Below, in pieces: positions 1 through 9,044 of a stretch of DNA of 58,483 nucleotides. Source of the DNA: Anaerolineae bacterium. Lineage in GTDB: Bacteria; Chloroflexota; Anaerolineae; B4-G1. How positions within the stretch are numbered: the stretch's first letter is position 1; each line of letters begins with the position of its first letter. The notes below the pieces were generated by a model. The model did not search any database, had not been told where the DNA came from, and was given only the letters and a program-made list of their open reading frames with translations. The position numbers were made by a program, and so were the translations under genes. The DNA lies in contig DAOUEC010000120.1 in assembly GCA_034430655.1 (NCBI GenBank), positions 1 through 58,483 of the forward strand, read 5' to 3'.

Positions 1-1961
1 AAAGATCCTATCCGGCTGTAGGCCACGTAGTAGGCGCTCAATTTGCTGATCTCGGTCGCGTCCAGGTAGTAGGGGGCGTCGTAAGCCAGCACGACCAGGT
101 GCGGGCCGCGTAACACATCGGCCCGCTCGGCCAGGAAACGCCGCACGGCCCCTGATTGGGGTAGGTCACCGGTCGGGTTGAGCATGGCGAAGATGATCCA
201 GTCGGCCCCCAGCAGCGCCGCTTCTACGGGGTGAGGTTGTGAGGTTGGCGTGATGACTTCCCCGGCCGCAGGAGTCGGAGTCGGCATCGGCGTCGGGAGC
301 AGCGACGGTGCGCTCATGTATTCTTCCAGTTGATTGAAGGTGAAATTGGTCACCCGCCATGGAGTGATCTGCCCAGTTGCATCAGGGCCATAGAGTCTTA
401 CGACTGTGTCTCGCAACGCGAGCGGGTCAATGTAGGACACAGGAGCACACACAGCGCAGGGCTGTCCCTCTCGACCGTCGGTGAAGATGACGATGTTGTC
501 CTCAGGGGTCGGCGGGGAGGGAACCAGGTCAGGCGAGGGAGGAGAAAGCAGCGTGATGGCATCGCGGGCAATGACAGACATCTCCTCTCGATGAAGCCCT
601 ACCTGTTCGCTGACTGTCTCCACGTCCGGCTGGGTGGCAGCGAGCCCGAACGTACCGCCGTAGAGCGCAAGTTTCAGTCGCAATATGCGCGCTACAGCCG
701 CATCCACCGATGTCTGGAACGAGGGATCACTGTCGTATTTCTCGCGGAAGAAGGCGATCGTGGACTTGACGTTGGCGATCTGGTCTTCCCAATCGTCGCT
801 GAGTGCAAATTGGGAGAGGAGTAGGAGGTCATTGCCGGCAAGGAACGCCTCCTGCGCGATGCGACGGCTGTTGAAACTCTGTTCGCTGGGATCATAGAAG
901 CGCCGCAGCGCGCGCAGGCCCAACCCGTCGGAGACCGTCACCCCACCCCCCTCGCGCCAGCCAGCCAGTTCCGGCAACCTCAGCAGCCGCTGGAGCACCT
1001 GGCTGTCCACGCTGATCGGGCGGGTGGTGACAAAACGACCACCCTCCAGCCCCCGGAAGCGGATGTGAGACACCATCAACCCGTCTGGGTGTGCCAGGGA
1101 GTCTTCGGCCTGGGCCACAGCGAAAAAAGGAGCCAGGTCAATCTGCCTCAGTTTCTCCAGCGTGCGTTGTACGGTGGAGACCTCTTCATTGAGCGAGCGG
1201 TCTGAGGCACCCAGACCAGGGAAGTGCTTCGCTACGACCGCCACCTGCCCCTCGGCTCCCTCGTGAACACCACGAATATATGCCTGTCCCATCTGCCCCA
1301 CAAGGAACGGCTCGCCCCCGAAGGCTCTTACACCCAGGTCACCCGCACTCTCAGAACGCGGGTTTTCGAGCACATCCAGCGACGGGCCCAGCAGCATGTT
1401 CACACCCAGGGCGCGCAGTTCCTGCCCCACAATCTGGCCCACGGTCTCAGTGTGGCTCAGATTCCAGGTGGCCCCCAACGCCATCTCAGAGGGCAGAGGC
1501 GCCATGCCGTTGACGATGCTGGTGAAGGGCATGTCGTTGCCCTCGTGATTCACGGCGATAAAGAGAGGGATAAAAGGACCGAGGGGTGTTTCTTCCTCGA
1601 CGAGCGTCTCGGTCACCGGCTGTGTCGCCGCCCAGGCGGCCCCTTGGAGTTGACCGACCAGCGCGGCTACCTGCGCGGGGGTATCGCCCTCGTTGACGAT
1701 GTTGCCGTTATCGGGCAGAAGCACTACCCCGCCGATGTGATAATCGCGGATCAATTCCGCGATAACAGCATCCTCGGTGACCTCAGCCCCAGGGAAGGTG
1801 ACCAGGAAGAGTTGCCCGACCTTGTCCGCGCTGGACATGCGTTCCATCAACCGCGTGACGTCGTCCCCTTCCTGGGCACTGGCTACCCTGAGCGGTACGA
1901 GCGGTATCAATATGGCGACCACGAGGGCCAGTGTAACCAGCCGTTCTAATTGCTTAGCCAT
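1..1961 (-). CDS. Glycoside hydrolase family 3 (NagZ-like beta-N-acetylhexosaminidase), partial; the C-terminus lies beyond the left edge
   Basis: Absent from the ORF track because the frame stays open to position 1. My translation of the minus strand from ATG 1961 (GGGGGAA RBS upstream) gives MAKQLERLVTLALVVAILIPLVPLRVASAQE (signal-like). The GH3 signature KHFPGLGASDRS starts at 1229 in the same frame. The frame is still open at 2-59 (..ATEISKLSAYYVAYSRIGS). Confidence 0.7.
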   Translation of the reverse strand, partial: MAKQLERLVTLALVVAILIPLVPLRVASAQEGDDVTRLMERMSSADKVGQLFLVTFPGAEVTEDAVIAELIRDYHIGGVVLLPDNGNIVNEGDTPAQVAALVGQLQGAAWAATQPVTETLVEEETPLGPFIPLFIAVNHEGNDMPFTSIVNGMAPLPSEMALGATWNLSHTETVGQIVGQELRALGVNMLLGPSLDVLENPRSESAGDLGVRAFGGEPFLVGQMGQAYIRGVHEGAEGQVAVVAKHFPGLGASDRSLNEEVSTVQRTLEKLRQIDLAPFFAVAQAEDSLAHPDGLMVSHIRFRGLEGGRFVTTRPISVDSQVLQRLLRLPELAGWREGGGVTVSDGLGLRALRRFYDPSEQSFNSRRIAQEAFLAGNDLLLLSQFALSDDWEDQIANVKSTIAFFREKYDSDPSFQTSVDAAVARILRLKLALYGGTFGLAATQPDVETVSEQVGLHREEMSVIARDAITLLSPPSPDLVPSPPTPEDNIVIFTDGREGQPCAVCAPVSYIDPLALRDTVVRLYGPDATGQITPWRVTNFTFNQLEEYMSAPSLLPTPMPTPTPAAGEVITPTSQPHPVEAALLGADWIIFAMLNPTGDLPQSGAVRRFLAERADVLRGPHLVVLAYDAPYYLDATEISKLSAYYVAYSRIGS

Positions 1962-2004
1962 TTCCCCCAGCCAAATCTATTGTACCCGAAATGAGGCGGA
2001 ATGC

Positions 2005-2039
2005 AATCAAAGAACCCCGACTCCTGACAAGAGCCGGGG
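2005..2039 (-). terminator. Intrinsic terminator candidate downstream of the 2071..2937 gene
   Basis: Minus-strand RNA reads CCCCGGCUC-uugucag-GAGUCGGGG (9 bp including one G-U pair), followed by UUCUUUGAUU. Confidence 0.5.
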
Positions 2040-2070
2040 CCTGGCCGACCATTCACCGCGCGCCCGGTCA

Positions 2071-2937
2071 CTAAGGAATGACGTTGATCGCAACGGGCAG
2101 GACGACGTGGTCGTCACCCGTCTCGGTCGGGACTCGCCCGCTGCCCGAATCGTACAGGCCGATTGCGATCCTCGCCGGTCCGGTGTAGCCAGTATCTTGG
2201 AAGACCATCGAGTGAAGGTCTACGATGGTCTCACTGGAGGTCCAGCCGGTGATGGGACGGGCTCCACCAGCAGGAGGGCCGTCGTGCTGTGCAACGAGGT
2301 GGCCATCCCCTGCCAGAAGATGAGTGAACACCAGGTAGTCCATCGGGCTGGTCCCTTCCAGCGCCTTCCAATATAAGGTGAGCGGCAGAGGCTGCGCCGT
2401 GGTGACCTCGGCAGCCGGCAGGCTATAGCCGACCAGCGCTGCAAAGTCGCCGAAGCGGACGTATAACTCGCCCGCAATGGCAGCCTCAGGCGTATCGGTC
2501 GGCGCTGGAGTGGGGGTCTCAATCGGCTCCGGCGGAGGAGGTGTAGGAACTGACACGGCCGTAGCCACCGACGCGGAAGTCGGTATCACGAGTTCTGGCG
2601 TGGGATTGGGAGTAGGCGTGACGCCGGGGGTGAGAGGCTCCACGCCGGCTGACGACGTAGACGTTGGGAGCGGAGTTCCCGCGTTGTAGATGGGCAAGCC
2701 AGGCAGAATAAAAGTGGTGCTGACGAAGATGGCCACTCCAATGGCGATGAAGATCAACACCATCGCCACGGCCTGTATGACTCTTGCAATGGCCGTATCC
2801 CGTTCGAGCGTGAACAGGGCCAGGTTCCGCTCCTTCTGAGCCGCCAACGCACGCACTGCATAGATGATGACGCCGATGGCGCACGCAGCGTAGAAAATCC
2901 AGGCGTGCTCTACCAGCCATTGGAAGAGGATCGTCAT
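2071..2937 (-). CDS. Hypothetical membrane-anchored protein (two N-terminal TM helices, Pro/Thr-rich linker, C-terminal beta-rich domain)
   Basis: ORF track, 288 aa. Hydrophobic helices WIFYAACAIGVIIYAV and VAMVLIFIAIGVAIFVSTTFIL. PT-rich linker (TPTPNPTPE, PTPPPPEPIETPTPAPTDTPE). ATGA start/stop overlap with the upstream PNP gene at 2934-2937. No family recognised. Confidence 0.6.
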   Translation of the reverse strand: MTILFQWLVEHAWIFYAACAIGVIIYAVRALAAQKERNLALFTLERDTAIARVIQAVAMVLIFIAIGVAIFVSTTFILPGLPIYNAGTPLPTSTSSAGVEPLTPGVTPTPNPTPELVIPTSASVATAVSVPTPPPPEPIETPTPAPTDTPEAAIAGELYVRFGDFAALVGYSLPAAEVTTAQPLPLTLYWKALEGTSPMDYLVFTHLLAGDGHLVAQHDGPPAGGARPITGWTSSETIVDLHSMVFQDTGYTGPARIAIGLYDSGSGRVPTETGDDHVVLPVAINVIP

Positions 2938-3776
2938 AGCGCCCTCAACACCCCACGAATGATGGCCTCCAGCCGTGGTACCAGCACCCGACCAACCTCC
3001 AGCACCTCTTCGTGGGTCGTCTCCACGTGCAGCGCGCCTTCGACCGGCAGAATGTTGCTGATGCCGGAAAGGCCCAACACCCGCGTACCGCCGTGCCGGG
3101 CGACGATGACCTCTGGAACAGTGGACATGCCCACAGCATCCGCCCCAATCAGGCGCAGAAACCGCAAATCGGCTGGGCTCTCGAAACTGGGACCGGCCAG
3201 GCAGACGTACACTCCTTCTCGTAGAGGCACGTCTGCCCTGGTCGCCGCCTGTTTGGCGAGCGCGCGCGACTGGGCGTCGTACGGCTCCGACATGTCAGGG
3301 AAGCGTGGCCCGAACTCGTCGAGGTTGGGACCACGCAGCGGGTTCAGCCCGCCCATCCCGATCAGATTGATGTGATCGGCGATGAGCATCACGTCTCCTG
3401 CGTGGAACTCCGGGTTGAGGCCGCCGGCCGCGTTGGTGACGATCAGAGTCTCGACCCCCAAAACCTGCATCACCCGCACTGGCAAGGTGGTTTCAGCCAT
3501 CGAATAGCCCTCGTAGTAATGAACACGTCCCTGCATCACCACCACGGCTTGCCCTTCCAGCCGCCCGATGATCAGCCGGCCAACGTGTCCTTCCACAGTC
3601 ACGACGGGGAAGTGCGGGATTTCGCTGTAGGGGATTGCAACACCAGCCTCGACAGCGTCGGCCAGCGGGTTGAGGCCCGAACCAAGAATCAAGCCGATCT
3701 TTGGTTCGAGTTGGGTCCGTTTTCGTATTGCCGCAGCAGCAGCCTCGAAATGCGACCGTGAAAAGAATTCGGGCAT
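2934..3776 (-). CDS. punA: Purine nucleoside phosphorylase (trimeric PNP/MTAP family)
   Basis: 280 aa. Motifs GHVGRLIIGRLEGQAVVVMQGRVHYYEGY and LIVTNAAGGLNP are characteristic of this family. GGAGGCG RBS precedes ATG 3776. Confidence 0.85.
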   Translation of the reverse strand: MPEFFSRSHFEAAAAAIRKRTQLEPKIGLILGSGLNPLADAVEAGVAIPYSEIPHFPVVTVEGHVGRLIIGRLEGQAVVVMQGRVHYYEGYSMAETTLPVRVMQVLGVETLIVTNAAGGLNPEFHAGDVMLIADHINLIGMGGLNPLRGPNLDEFGPRFPDMSEPYDAQSRALAKQAATRADVPLREGVYVCLAGPSFESPADLRFLRLIGADAVGMSTVPEVIVARHGGTRVLGLSGISNILPVEGALHVETTHEEVLEVGRVLVPRLEAIIRGVLRAL

Positions 3777-3785
3777 GAACGCCTC

Positions 3786-4445
3786 CTAAATCTTAGTCAG
3801 CAATTGCTGCTTCTTCTCTTCGAACTCCACGTCGGTAATCACGCCCTGCTGACGCAATTCATCCAGTTCGGCAATCAGTCCAGGCACATCACTGGCACTT
3901 GGCGCTTCAGTAGGGGCAGGGTCACCCTGCCCTACGCGCCCCGCCCGCTCTTCAAAAACATCCAGGCTGGCAAGCGCCTCCTTCTGATCGAGGAGTTCCT
4001 TCTTGAACTCAATGGGGTCAGCGATGCGCCGGAAGACGTCAATGCCGCTTTCGGAGCCGGAGATGATTTCGATGTCACCAAACTTGAGCATGCACCCCAT
4101 CGCCGACTGCTCCATCACGATGTCGTTGATTTTCTCCAGTGAAGTATCCGACACCCGCTTGCCGAACGCCCCCGTGACCTGGAGAATACGCCGGTTGGTG
4201 ACGACGTACTGGTTGTTCCCCCATGCCCAGATGCGGAGCGCGAAGTGGCCGATGGGCACAACCAGCAACAGGAGGCCAAACCACGTCAAGGGCGGAGAGA
4301 GGATGACCCCCATTACCGAGAGCCCGATGATGACGATGCTGACCGCAACGTCAACCAGAATTGTAGGCAGCAACGTGATCCAGTGGTCGCGGGCGACTCG
4401 CACGATGTGCTCGTTGCGTGCTAGCAGTTTCTCGACGTAACTCAT
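3786..4445 (-). CDS. Membrane bacterial-PH (YdbT/bPH_2-like) domain protein with C-terminal SHOCT-like motif
   Basis: 219 aa. Two TM helices, then YVVTNRRILQVTG...FGDIEII (bacterial PH pattern). C-terminal ELRQQGVITDVEFEEKKQQLL resembles SHOCT. Confidence 0.65.
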   Translation of the reverse strand: MSYVEKLLARNEHIVRVARDHWITLLPTILVDVAVSIVIIGLSVMGVILSPPLTWFGLLLLVVPIGHFALRIWAWGNNQYVVTNRRILQVTGAFGKRVSDTSLEKINDIVMEQSAMGCMLKFGDIEIISGSESGIDVFRRIADPIEFKKELLDQKEALASLDVFEERAGRVGQGDPAPTEAPSASDVPGLIAELDELRQQGVITDVEFEEKKQQLLTKI

Positions 4446-4477
4446 TTGTGCCTCCTTTTGTGAGAGTGACCCGGCGA

Positions 4478-5368
4478 TTACGCTCGCGGGTGAGCCTCGT
4501 CGTAAGCCTCTCGCTTGCGCCGGGTGGAAACCTCGGTATAAACCTGCGTGCTGGAGATGCTGGAGTGGCCCAGCAGTTGTTGGAGTTCGCGCAATCCCGC
4601 CCCGCCGTCGAGCATGTGGGTGGCGAAAGAGTGACGAAATGTGTGAGGTGTGACCTTTCGTTCGAGATCGGCGGCTGCGGCGTATTTCTTGACAATCAGC
4701 CAGAGCCCCTGCCGGGTTAAAGGCTGCCCCCGGTGATTAACAAACAAGGCTGCTGTATCTCGCCCCCCTAGCAACCTGGCACGCCCGTCCTCAAGGTAAG
4801 CACCAATCGCTTCTCGCGCACGCTCATACAGCGGCAGGATGCGTTCTTTGTTCCCCTTGCCCAGGCAGCGCACCGTGCCGGCCTCCAGGTCCACTGCGTC
4901 CACATCGAGTCCGATGACCTCACTGGCCCGCATGCCGGTCGCGTACATCAACTCGAGCAGAGCCCAATCTCGCAGCGCCCTGGGCGTATTGGACTTGGCC
5001 GGCTCTGCCAGCAGGCGAGCCATCTCCTCCGGGGCCAGAGGACGCGGAAGATGCTTATCCACCGAGGGCGAATCCACCGCAGCGGTAGGGTCGTCCTGGA
5101 GCACCCCGTCAGCAACCAGGAAATGGAAGAGCGACTTGACAGATGCAACCTTGCGGGCCACCGTCGAAGAAGCATATTCACGTCCCTTCAGGTATACAAT
5201 GTAGTTCAGGATATGTGCCCGGCCCACGTCTTGCCAGGAAGAAATACCCTCGCCTGCCAGATAGGCCAGGAACTGGGTGAAGTCGTTGCGGTAGGCCGCG
5301 ATGGTATGTTTCGAGTAGCCTTTCTCCACCGTCAGGAAGCGGAGGAATTCTTCAACCTGTGTCTGCAT
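4478..5368 (-). CDS. Tyrosine recombinase, XerC/XerD family
   Basis: ORF track gives 303 aa from GTG 5389; I prefer ATG 5368 (MQTQVEEFLRFL). Core-binding region KHTIAAYRNDFTQFLAYL. Catalytic region TPHTFRHSFATHML and LLGHSSISSTQVYT (R..HxxR..Y pattern). Confidence 0.8.
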   Translation of the reverse strand: MQTQVEEFLRFLTVEKGYSKHTIAAYRNDFTQFLAYLAGEGISSWQDVGRAHILNYIVYLKGREYASSTVARKVASVKSLFHFLVADGVLQDDPTAAVDSPSVDKHLPRPLAPEEMARLLAEPAKSNTPRALRDWALLELMYATGMRASEVIGLDVDAVDLEAGTVRCLGKGNKERILPLYERAREAIGAYLEDGRARLLGGRDTAALFVNHRGQPLTRQGLWLIVKKYAAAADLERKVTPHTFRHSFATHMLDGGAGLRELQQLLGHSSISSTQVYTEVSTRRKREAYDEAHPRA

Positions 5369-5482
5369 CACCTGTCCCTTTCGACACACCGATTTCCGGC
5401 TCTATTATAGTATACTTTGCATAAACTCAAAATGCAAGTCCACAAAGGAGACTCGCTAGCGGCAACTCACAATGCAGGAGAT

Positions 5483-5510
5483 TTGACTCGGGCTGCACCT
5501 ATGCTATCAT
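5483..5510 (+). promoter_or_regulatory. Sigma70-like promoter candidate for nagA
   Basis: TTGACT (5483-5488), 16 nt spacer, TATCAT (5505-5510), in the divergent xer/nagA spacer. Confidence 0.4.
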
Positions 5511-5559
5511 ATTCAGCGTTTGAATGCGTATTGCCACTTTGTCAAGGAGCAGACCTGAC

Positions 5560-6726
5560 GTGAAGCACGGGCAAGTGAAGGCCATCACCGGCGGAACCGT
5601 CTACACGCCCGTCGAAGTCATCGCGCCGGGCGTAGTGCTCATAGAGGGCAACACCATCATGGCCGTGGGGGCGGCTGGCGTAACACCGGTGCCACCCGAA
5701 GCCGAACTCATTGAGGCAGATGGCATGGCCGTCGTGCCCGGCCTGATTGACGTGCACATGCACGGGCTGATGGGCCACGATGGGATGGGCCCCGGCCTGG
5801 CCCACGTCATCCGCGCTCTACCCGCCTTCGGCGTCACCGCGTTTCTCGCCACGACGTTGACGCTACCCCGCGACGAGACTCTCGCCAGCCTGAAGACAAT
5901 GGCCGCAGTTCTGGATACACCGCCACCGGGTGCCCAATGTTTGGGGATCCACCTGGAGGGGCCGTTCCTGTCCCCGGCCCGACCCGGCATGGCGACCTCC
6001 GACTGGTTCGAGCCGCTGACGTGGGATAGGTTTCAGACATTTCAGCAGACGGCCCGGGGCCACATCCGCATGCTCACCTTCGCCCCAGAAATAGGCGAAG
6101 CCATGGCCTGCATCCCGCGCCTGGTTGAGGCGGGCGTCGTCCCCGTCATCGGCCACTCCGATGCGACCTTTGAGCAGGTAGCCCAGGCAGTGCAACTGGG
6201 GCTTTCGCACGCCACCCACACCTTCAACGCCATGCGTCCGCTTCACCACCGCGAGCCCGGCGTCGTGGGAGCGGTGATGTACTTCGACGACATCGTGGCC
6301 GAGTTAATTGCCGACGGGGTGCACGTCCACCCGGCGGTGATGGCGATTCTGCTGCGGGTCAAGGGACTGGAGCACGTGGCACTGGTGAGCGACGCCGCCC
6401 CGCTGGCAGGGCTGCCAGACGGCGATTATGAGTGGGAGCACAAGCCGGTCTTTGTCCGGGATGGCTCCTGCCGCCTGGCGGACGGCACCATCGCCGGGGC
6501 ACACGCGCTGTTGGATACTGGCGTGCGCAACCTTGTGCGGCTGGTGGGGCTGCCGTTGGAGCAGGCACTCGTGCCCGCCACCCGCGTTCCGGCCGGGGTG
6601 CTGAGGCTGCGCAAGGGCCGCCTGGCCCCCGGCTACGACGCCGATGTCGTGCTGCTGGACGAAGCATTACAACCGGTCCTGACCATCGTCGGCGGGGAGG
6701 AAGTGTTCCGGCGCGAAGAAGTATAA
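5560..6726 (+). CDS. nagA: N-acetylglucosamine-6-phosphate deacetylase
   Basis: ORF track gives 400 aa from 5524. An AAGGAG RBS 9 nt before GTG 5560 favours the shorter form. Contains GLIDVHMHG, HLEGPFLS and GHSDAT amidohydrolase/NagA motifs. Confidence 0.85.
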   Translation: MKHGQVKAITGGTVYTPVEVIAPGVVLIEGNTIMAVGAAGVTPVPPEAELIEADGMAVVPGLIDVHMHGLMGHDGMGPGLAHVIRALPAFGVTAFLATTLTLPRDETLASLKTMAAVLDTPPPGAQCLGIHLEGPFLSPARPGMATSDWFEPLTWDRFQTFQQTARGHIRMLTFAPEIGEAMACIPRLVEAGVVPVIGHSDATFEQVAQAVQLGLSHATHTFNAMRPLHHREPGVVGAVMYFDDIVAELIADGVHVHPAVMAILLRVKGLEHVALVSDAAPLAGLPDGDYEWEHKPVFVRDGSCRLADGTIAGAHALLDTGVRNLVRLVGLPLEQALVPATRVPAGVLRLRKGRLAPGYDADVVLLDEALQPVLTIVGGEEVFRREEV

Positions 6727-6736
6727 TCTTCGCCAG

Positions 6737-6826
6737 CGCGCCAACCAGTCTCCTGACGATGTGCTACCCCCCATCGGCCCGGCGGACGATCCCGCCGGGC
6801 CGACGACTATCTGGCCAGCGTGCACA
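6737..6826. repeat. Intergenic repeat, copy A (about 90 nt, GC hairpin core)
   Basis: Aligns by eye with 11300-11389: CGCGCCAACCA(G/A)TCTCCTGACG ... CCCGGCGGACGATCCCGCCGGGCCGACGACTATCTGG(C/T)CAGC(G/A)TGCACA. Hairpin GGCCCGGCGG-acgatc-CCGCCGGGCC at 6776-6801, with no U tract. Confidence 0.6.
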
Positions 6827-6884
6827 GTGCTGCACCAAGTCCCTCAAGGTTTTGAGCTATACCCAAGTTACTGTTGCTACCCTA

Positions 6885-6912
6885 TTGACATTGCCTGAAA
6901 ATCTGCTATAAT
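6885..6912 (+). promoter_or_regulatory. Near-consensus sigma70 promoter upstream of the DeoR-family regulator
   Basis: TTGACA (6885-6890), 16 nt spacer, TATAAT (6907-6912). Inverted repeats ACAAGC-N8-GCTTGT and AAGCAC...GTGCTT lie between the -10 box and ATG 6960 and could be operators. Confidence 0.55.
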
Positions 6913-6959
6913 ATTCACAAGTGAACAAATACAAGCACTAATATGCTTGTACGTGCTTC

Positions 6960-7748
6960 ATGATGAACTCCAAGAGGCACAAAGTGCTCGCTGAAGAACG
7001 CCGGGCCATCCTGCTGCGAGAGTTACAGGACAAAGATTACATAGAAGTAACCGCTGTAGCCTCGCATTTAGACGTTTCCGCAGCCACAGTCCGCCGCGAT
7101 CTGACACGACTGGAGCAGGAAGGCCACCTCATACGCACGCGAGGAGGCGCAGTCAGAGTCGGGAAAAGCACCACCCTGGAACTCCCGTACGACATTAAGC
7201 GCCATCGCAGGATAGAAGAAAAACGCCGCATCGCCGCCGCGGCGGCGGAGATGGTACGCAACGGCGAGACCATCATCCTCGATGCGGGCTCCACCACTTA
7301 CGAACTTGCCCTTCTGCTTCTCCGCATGCGCAGCCTCACCGTGGTCACCAACGACCTGCACATTGCAGCCAAGCTCGCCTCCAACCCCAATATCACCCTG
7401 GTGTGCACAGGCGGCATTGCCCGCGCCAACGTGTATACCCTGCTGGGTCCCCAAGTCGAAGCGTTCCTGAGAACGTTGCGGGTCCACAAAACCTTCCTGG
7501 GTGCCGACGCTATCCATCCGGATGGCGCCATCGCGAATGTGAACTTGAAAGAAGTTGCGGTCAAGCAGGCGATGATTCGCGCTGCCGAAGAGGTTATCCT
7601 GTTAACGGATTCTTCGAAGTTTGATGTAGTCGGATTCGCAAAGGTGTGTGACTTTGGAGAAGTGGATGTACTTGTCACCGATGGCAACGTGGCGAGGGTC
7701 ACTCTCGACCTACTCGAAGCATGGCCCACCGTGGTGAAGATAGCATGA
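6960..7748 (+). CDS. DeoR/GlpR-family transcriptional regulator
   Basis: 262 aa. N-terminal HTH ERRAILLRELQDKDYIEVTAVASHLDVSAATVRRDLTRLEQEG, followed by a DeoR C-terminal sugar-phosphate sensor domain pattern. Confidence 0.85.
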   Translation: MMNSKRHKVLAEERRAILLRELQDKDYIEVTAVASHLDVSAATVRRDLTRLEQEGHLIRTRGGAVRVGKSTTLELPYDIKRHRRIEEKRRIAAAAAEMVRNGETIILDAGSTTYELALLLLRMRSLTVVTNDLHIAAKLASNPNITLVCTGGIARANVYTLLGPQVEAFLRTLRVHKTFLGADAIHPDGAIANVNLKEVAVKQAMIRAAEEVILLTDSSKFDVVGFAKVCDFGEVDVLVTDGNVARVTLDLLEAWPTVVKIA

Positions 7749-7805
7749 CGAGAGTGATCGGGCTGGGGTGACAAGCCAGACCCTAAACAGAAAGGAGGTG
7801 AACAT

Positions 7806-8213
7806 TTGACCGGAAAAAAGAGAATCCTCATCGTCTGTGGCACTGCGATCACTACCTCAACCATGGTAGCCATGAAGGTCGAAGATTTGCTCAAGAAGCA
7901 TGGCCTGCATGCAGAGATCCGGCGCGCCCTGACTTCAGAAGCGAAAGTCAAATCAAAAGACGCAGATTTGATCATTGCGACCACGCAGGTGCCCAGCGTT
8001 GAGGTACCCGTCATCAGCGGCATCCCGTTTATCACGGGCATCGGAGTTGACAAGGTCGAACTGTTGGCCATAGCCGAGAAGGAAATACAACAGGTAGTCG
8101 CCCTTCAACAACTAGCGGACTTGTTTCAGGACGGCGTGACCCTGAGGAAGATTGCCGCTGCTCGCAGCAGCAACGAGGTGTATCGCGCCATGCTGAAAGG
8201 CGCTGGAGCATAA
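7806..8213 (+). CDS. PTS EIIB component, galactitol/lactose-type Cys loop, with C-terminal extension
   Basis: 135 aa. RILIVCGTAITTSTMVAMK active-site Cys loop. TTG start 5 nt after a GGAGGTG RBS. Confidence 0.7.
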   Translation: MTGKKRILIVCGTAITTSTMVAMKVEDLLKKHGLHAEIRRALTSEAKVKSKDADLIIATTQVPSVEVPVISGIPFITGIGVDKVELLAIAEKEIQQVVALQQLADLFQDGVTLRKIAAARSSNEVYRAMLKGAGA

Positions 8214-8311
8214 GAGGAAAGGCCTTCCTGGCAAGCCCAACAAGACGGGCTGATGGAAATGACCAGACTGATGCTGTGTAAGAACTCGACCACTCGATCA
8301 AGGAGAAAGAT

Positions 8312-9007
8312 ATGCTGCTAGAAGAACTACGGATCCAGGTGCTTGCGACCGCTCGGCAGATGGTAGCCGACGGCGTGGCCCACGGGGCCCAAGGCAACGT
8401 GAGCGCGCTCGACCGAGAGACCGGCCTGATCGCTATCACGCCCAGCGCTATCCCCTACAACCAAATGCAGATAGAAGACGTGGTTTTGCTTGACCGGCAT
8501 AGCAAGGTGGTGGAAGGCCGATGGAAACCCACCAGCGAGACGCCGATGCACCTCATATTCTACCACGAGCGGTCAGACGTGGGCGCAGTAGTGCACTCTC
8601 ACGCTCCTTACGCGACAACCTTCGCGTTGATCAACGCCCCCCTGCCGGTCGTTTTGATCGAGTCCGCCACCTGCCTCGGCGGACCAGTGCCCGTGGCTCC
8701 TTACCGCCGTCCAGGAACTACGGAGGTTGGCAGGATTGCAGTGGAGACAATGGGGGCCGGCGTAGCCGTCCTCTTGGCCAACCACGGATTGGTGACAGTA
8801 GGCGCCGACCTCGCTCAAGCCTATGACGCTACCATCGCAGCCGAAACGACGGCCCGGCTGGTGATAATGGCCCGTGCTATGAACGCTGAGCCAGTGCCCT
8901 TTGACCCGGACGAGGCGGCTTTTATGCGGGAAACATACCTGCGCGGGTATCACCGCACTCCCATATCCAAAGGCACTCCCACCGCACCCAAGAACGCGGT
9001 GCAGTAA
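8312..9007 (+). CDS. Class II aldolase/adducin-family protein (FucA/AraD-like aldolase or epimerase)
   Basis: 231 aa. VVHSHAPYATTFA metal-binding His region and the overall family pattern. AAGGAGA RBS. Confidence 0.8.
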   Translation: MLLEELRIQVLATARQMVADGVAHGAQGNVSALDRETGLIAITPSAIPYNQMQIEDVVLLDRHSKVVEGRWKPTSETPMHLIFYHERSDVGAVVHSHAPYATTFALINAPLPVVLIESATCLGGPVPVAPYRRPGTTEVGRIAVETMGAGVAVLLANHGLVTVGADLAQAYDATIAAETTARLVIMARAMNAEPVPFDPDEAAFMRETYLRGYHRTPISKGTPTAPKNAVQ

Positions 9008-9044
9008 AACGGACAATGTGGACGGACAAGGAGGTTCACCCCCT

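Noticed and set aside
330-1949. Plus-strand ORFs 330..824, 685..897, 1224..1949 and 1280..1513, and minus-strand ORFs 166..360 and 692..895
   Set aside because: All lie within the open minus-strand GH3 frame (KHFPGLG motif, signal-like N-terminus). That frame is missing from the track only because it runs off the window edge.
7298-8071. 257-aa minus-strand ORF
   Set aside because: It is antisense to the DeoR-family gene and the first EIIB gene, is Ser/Thr/Ala-rich and has no motif.
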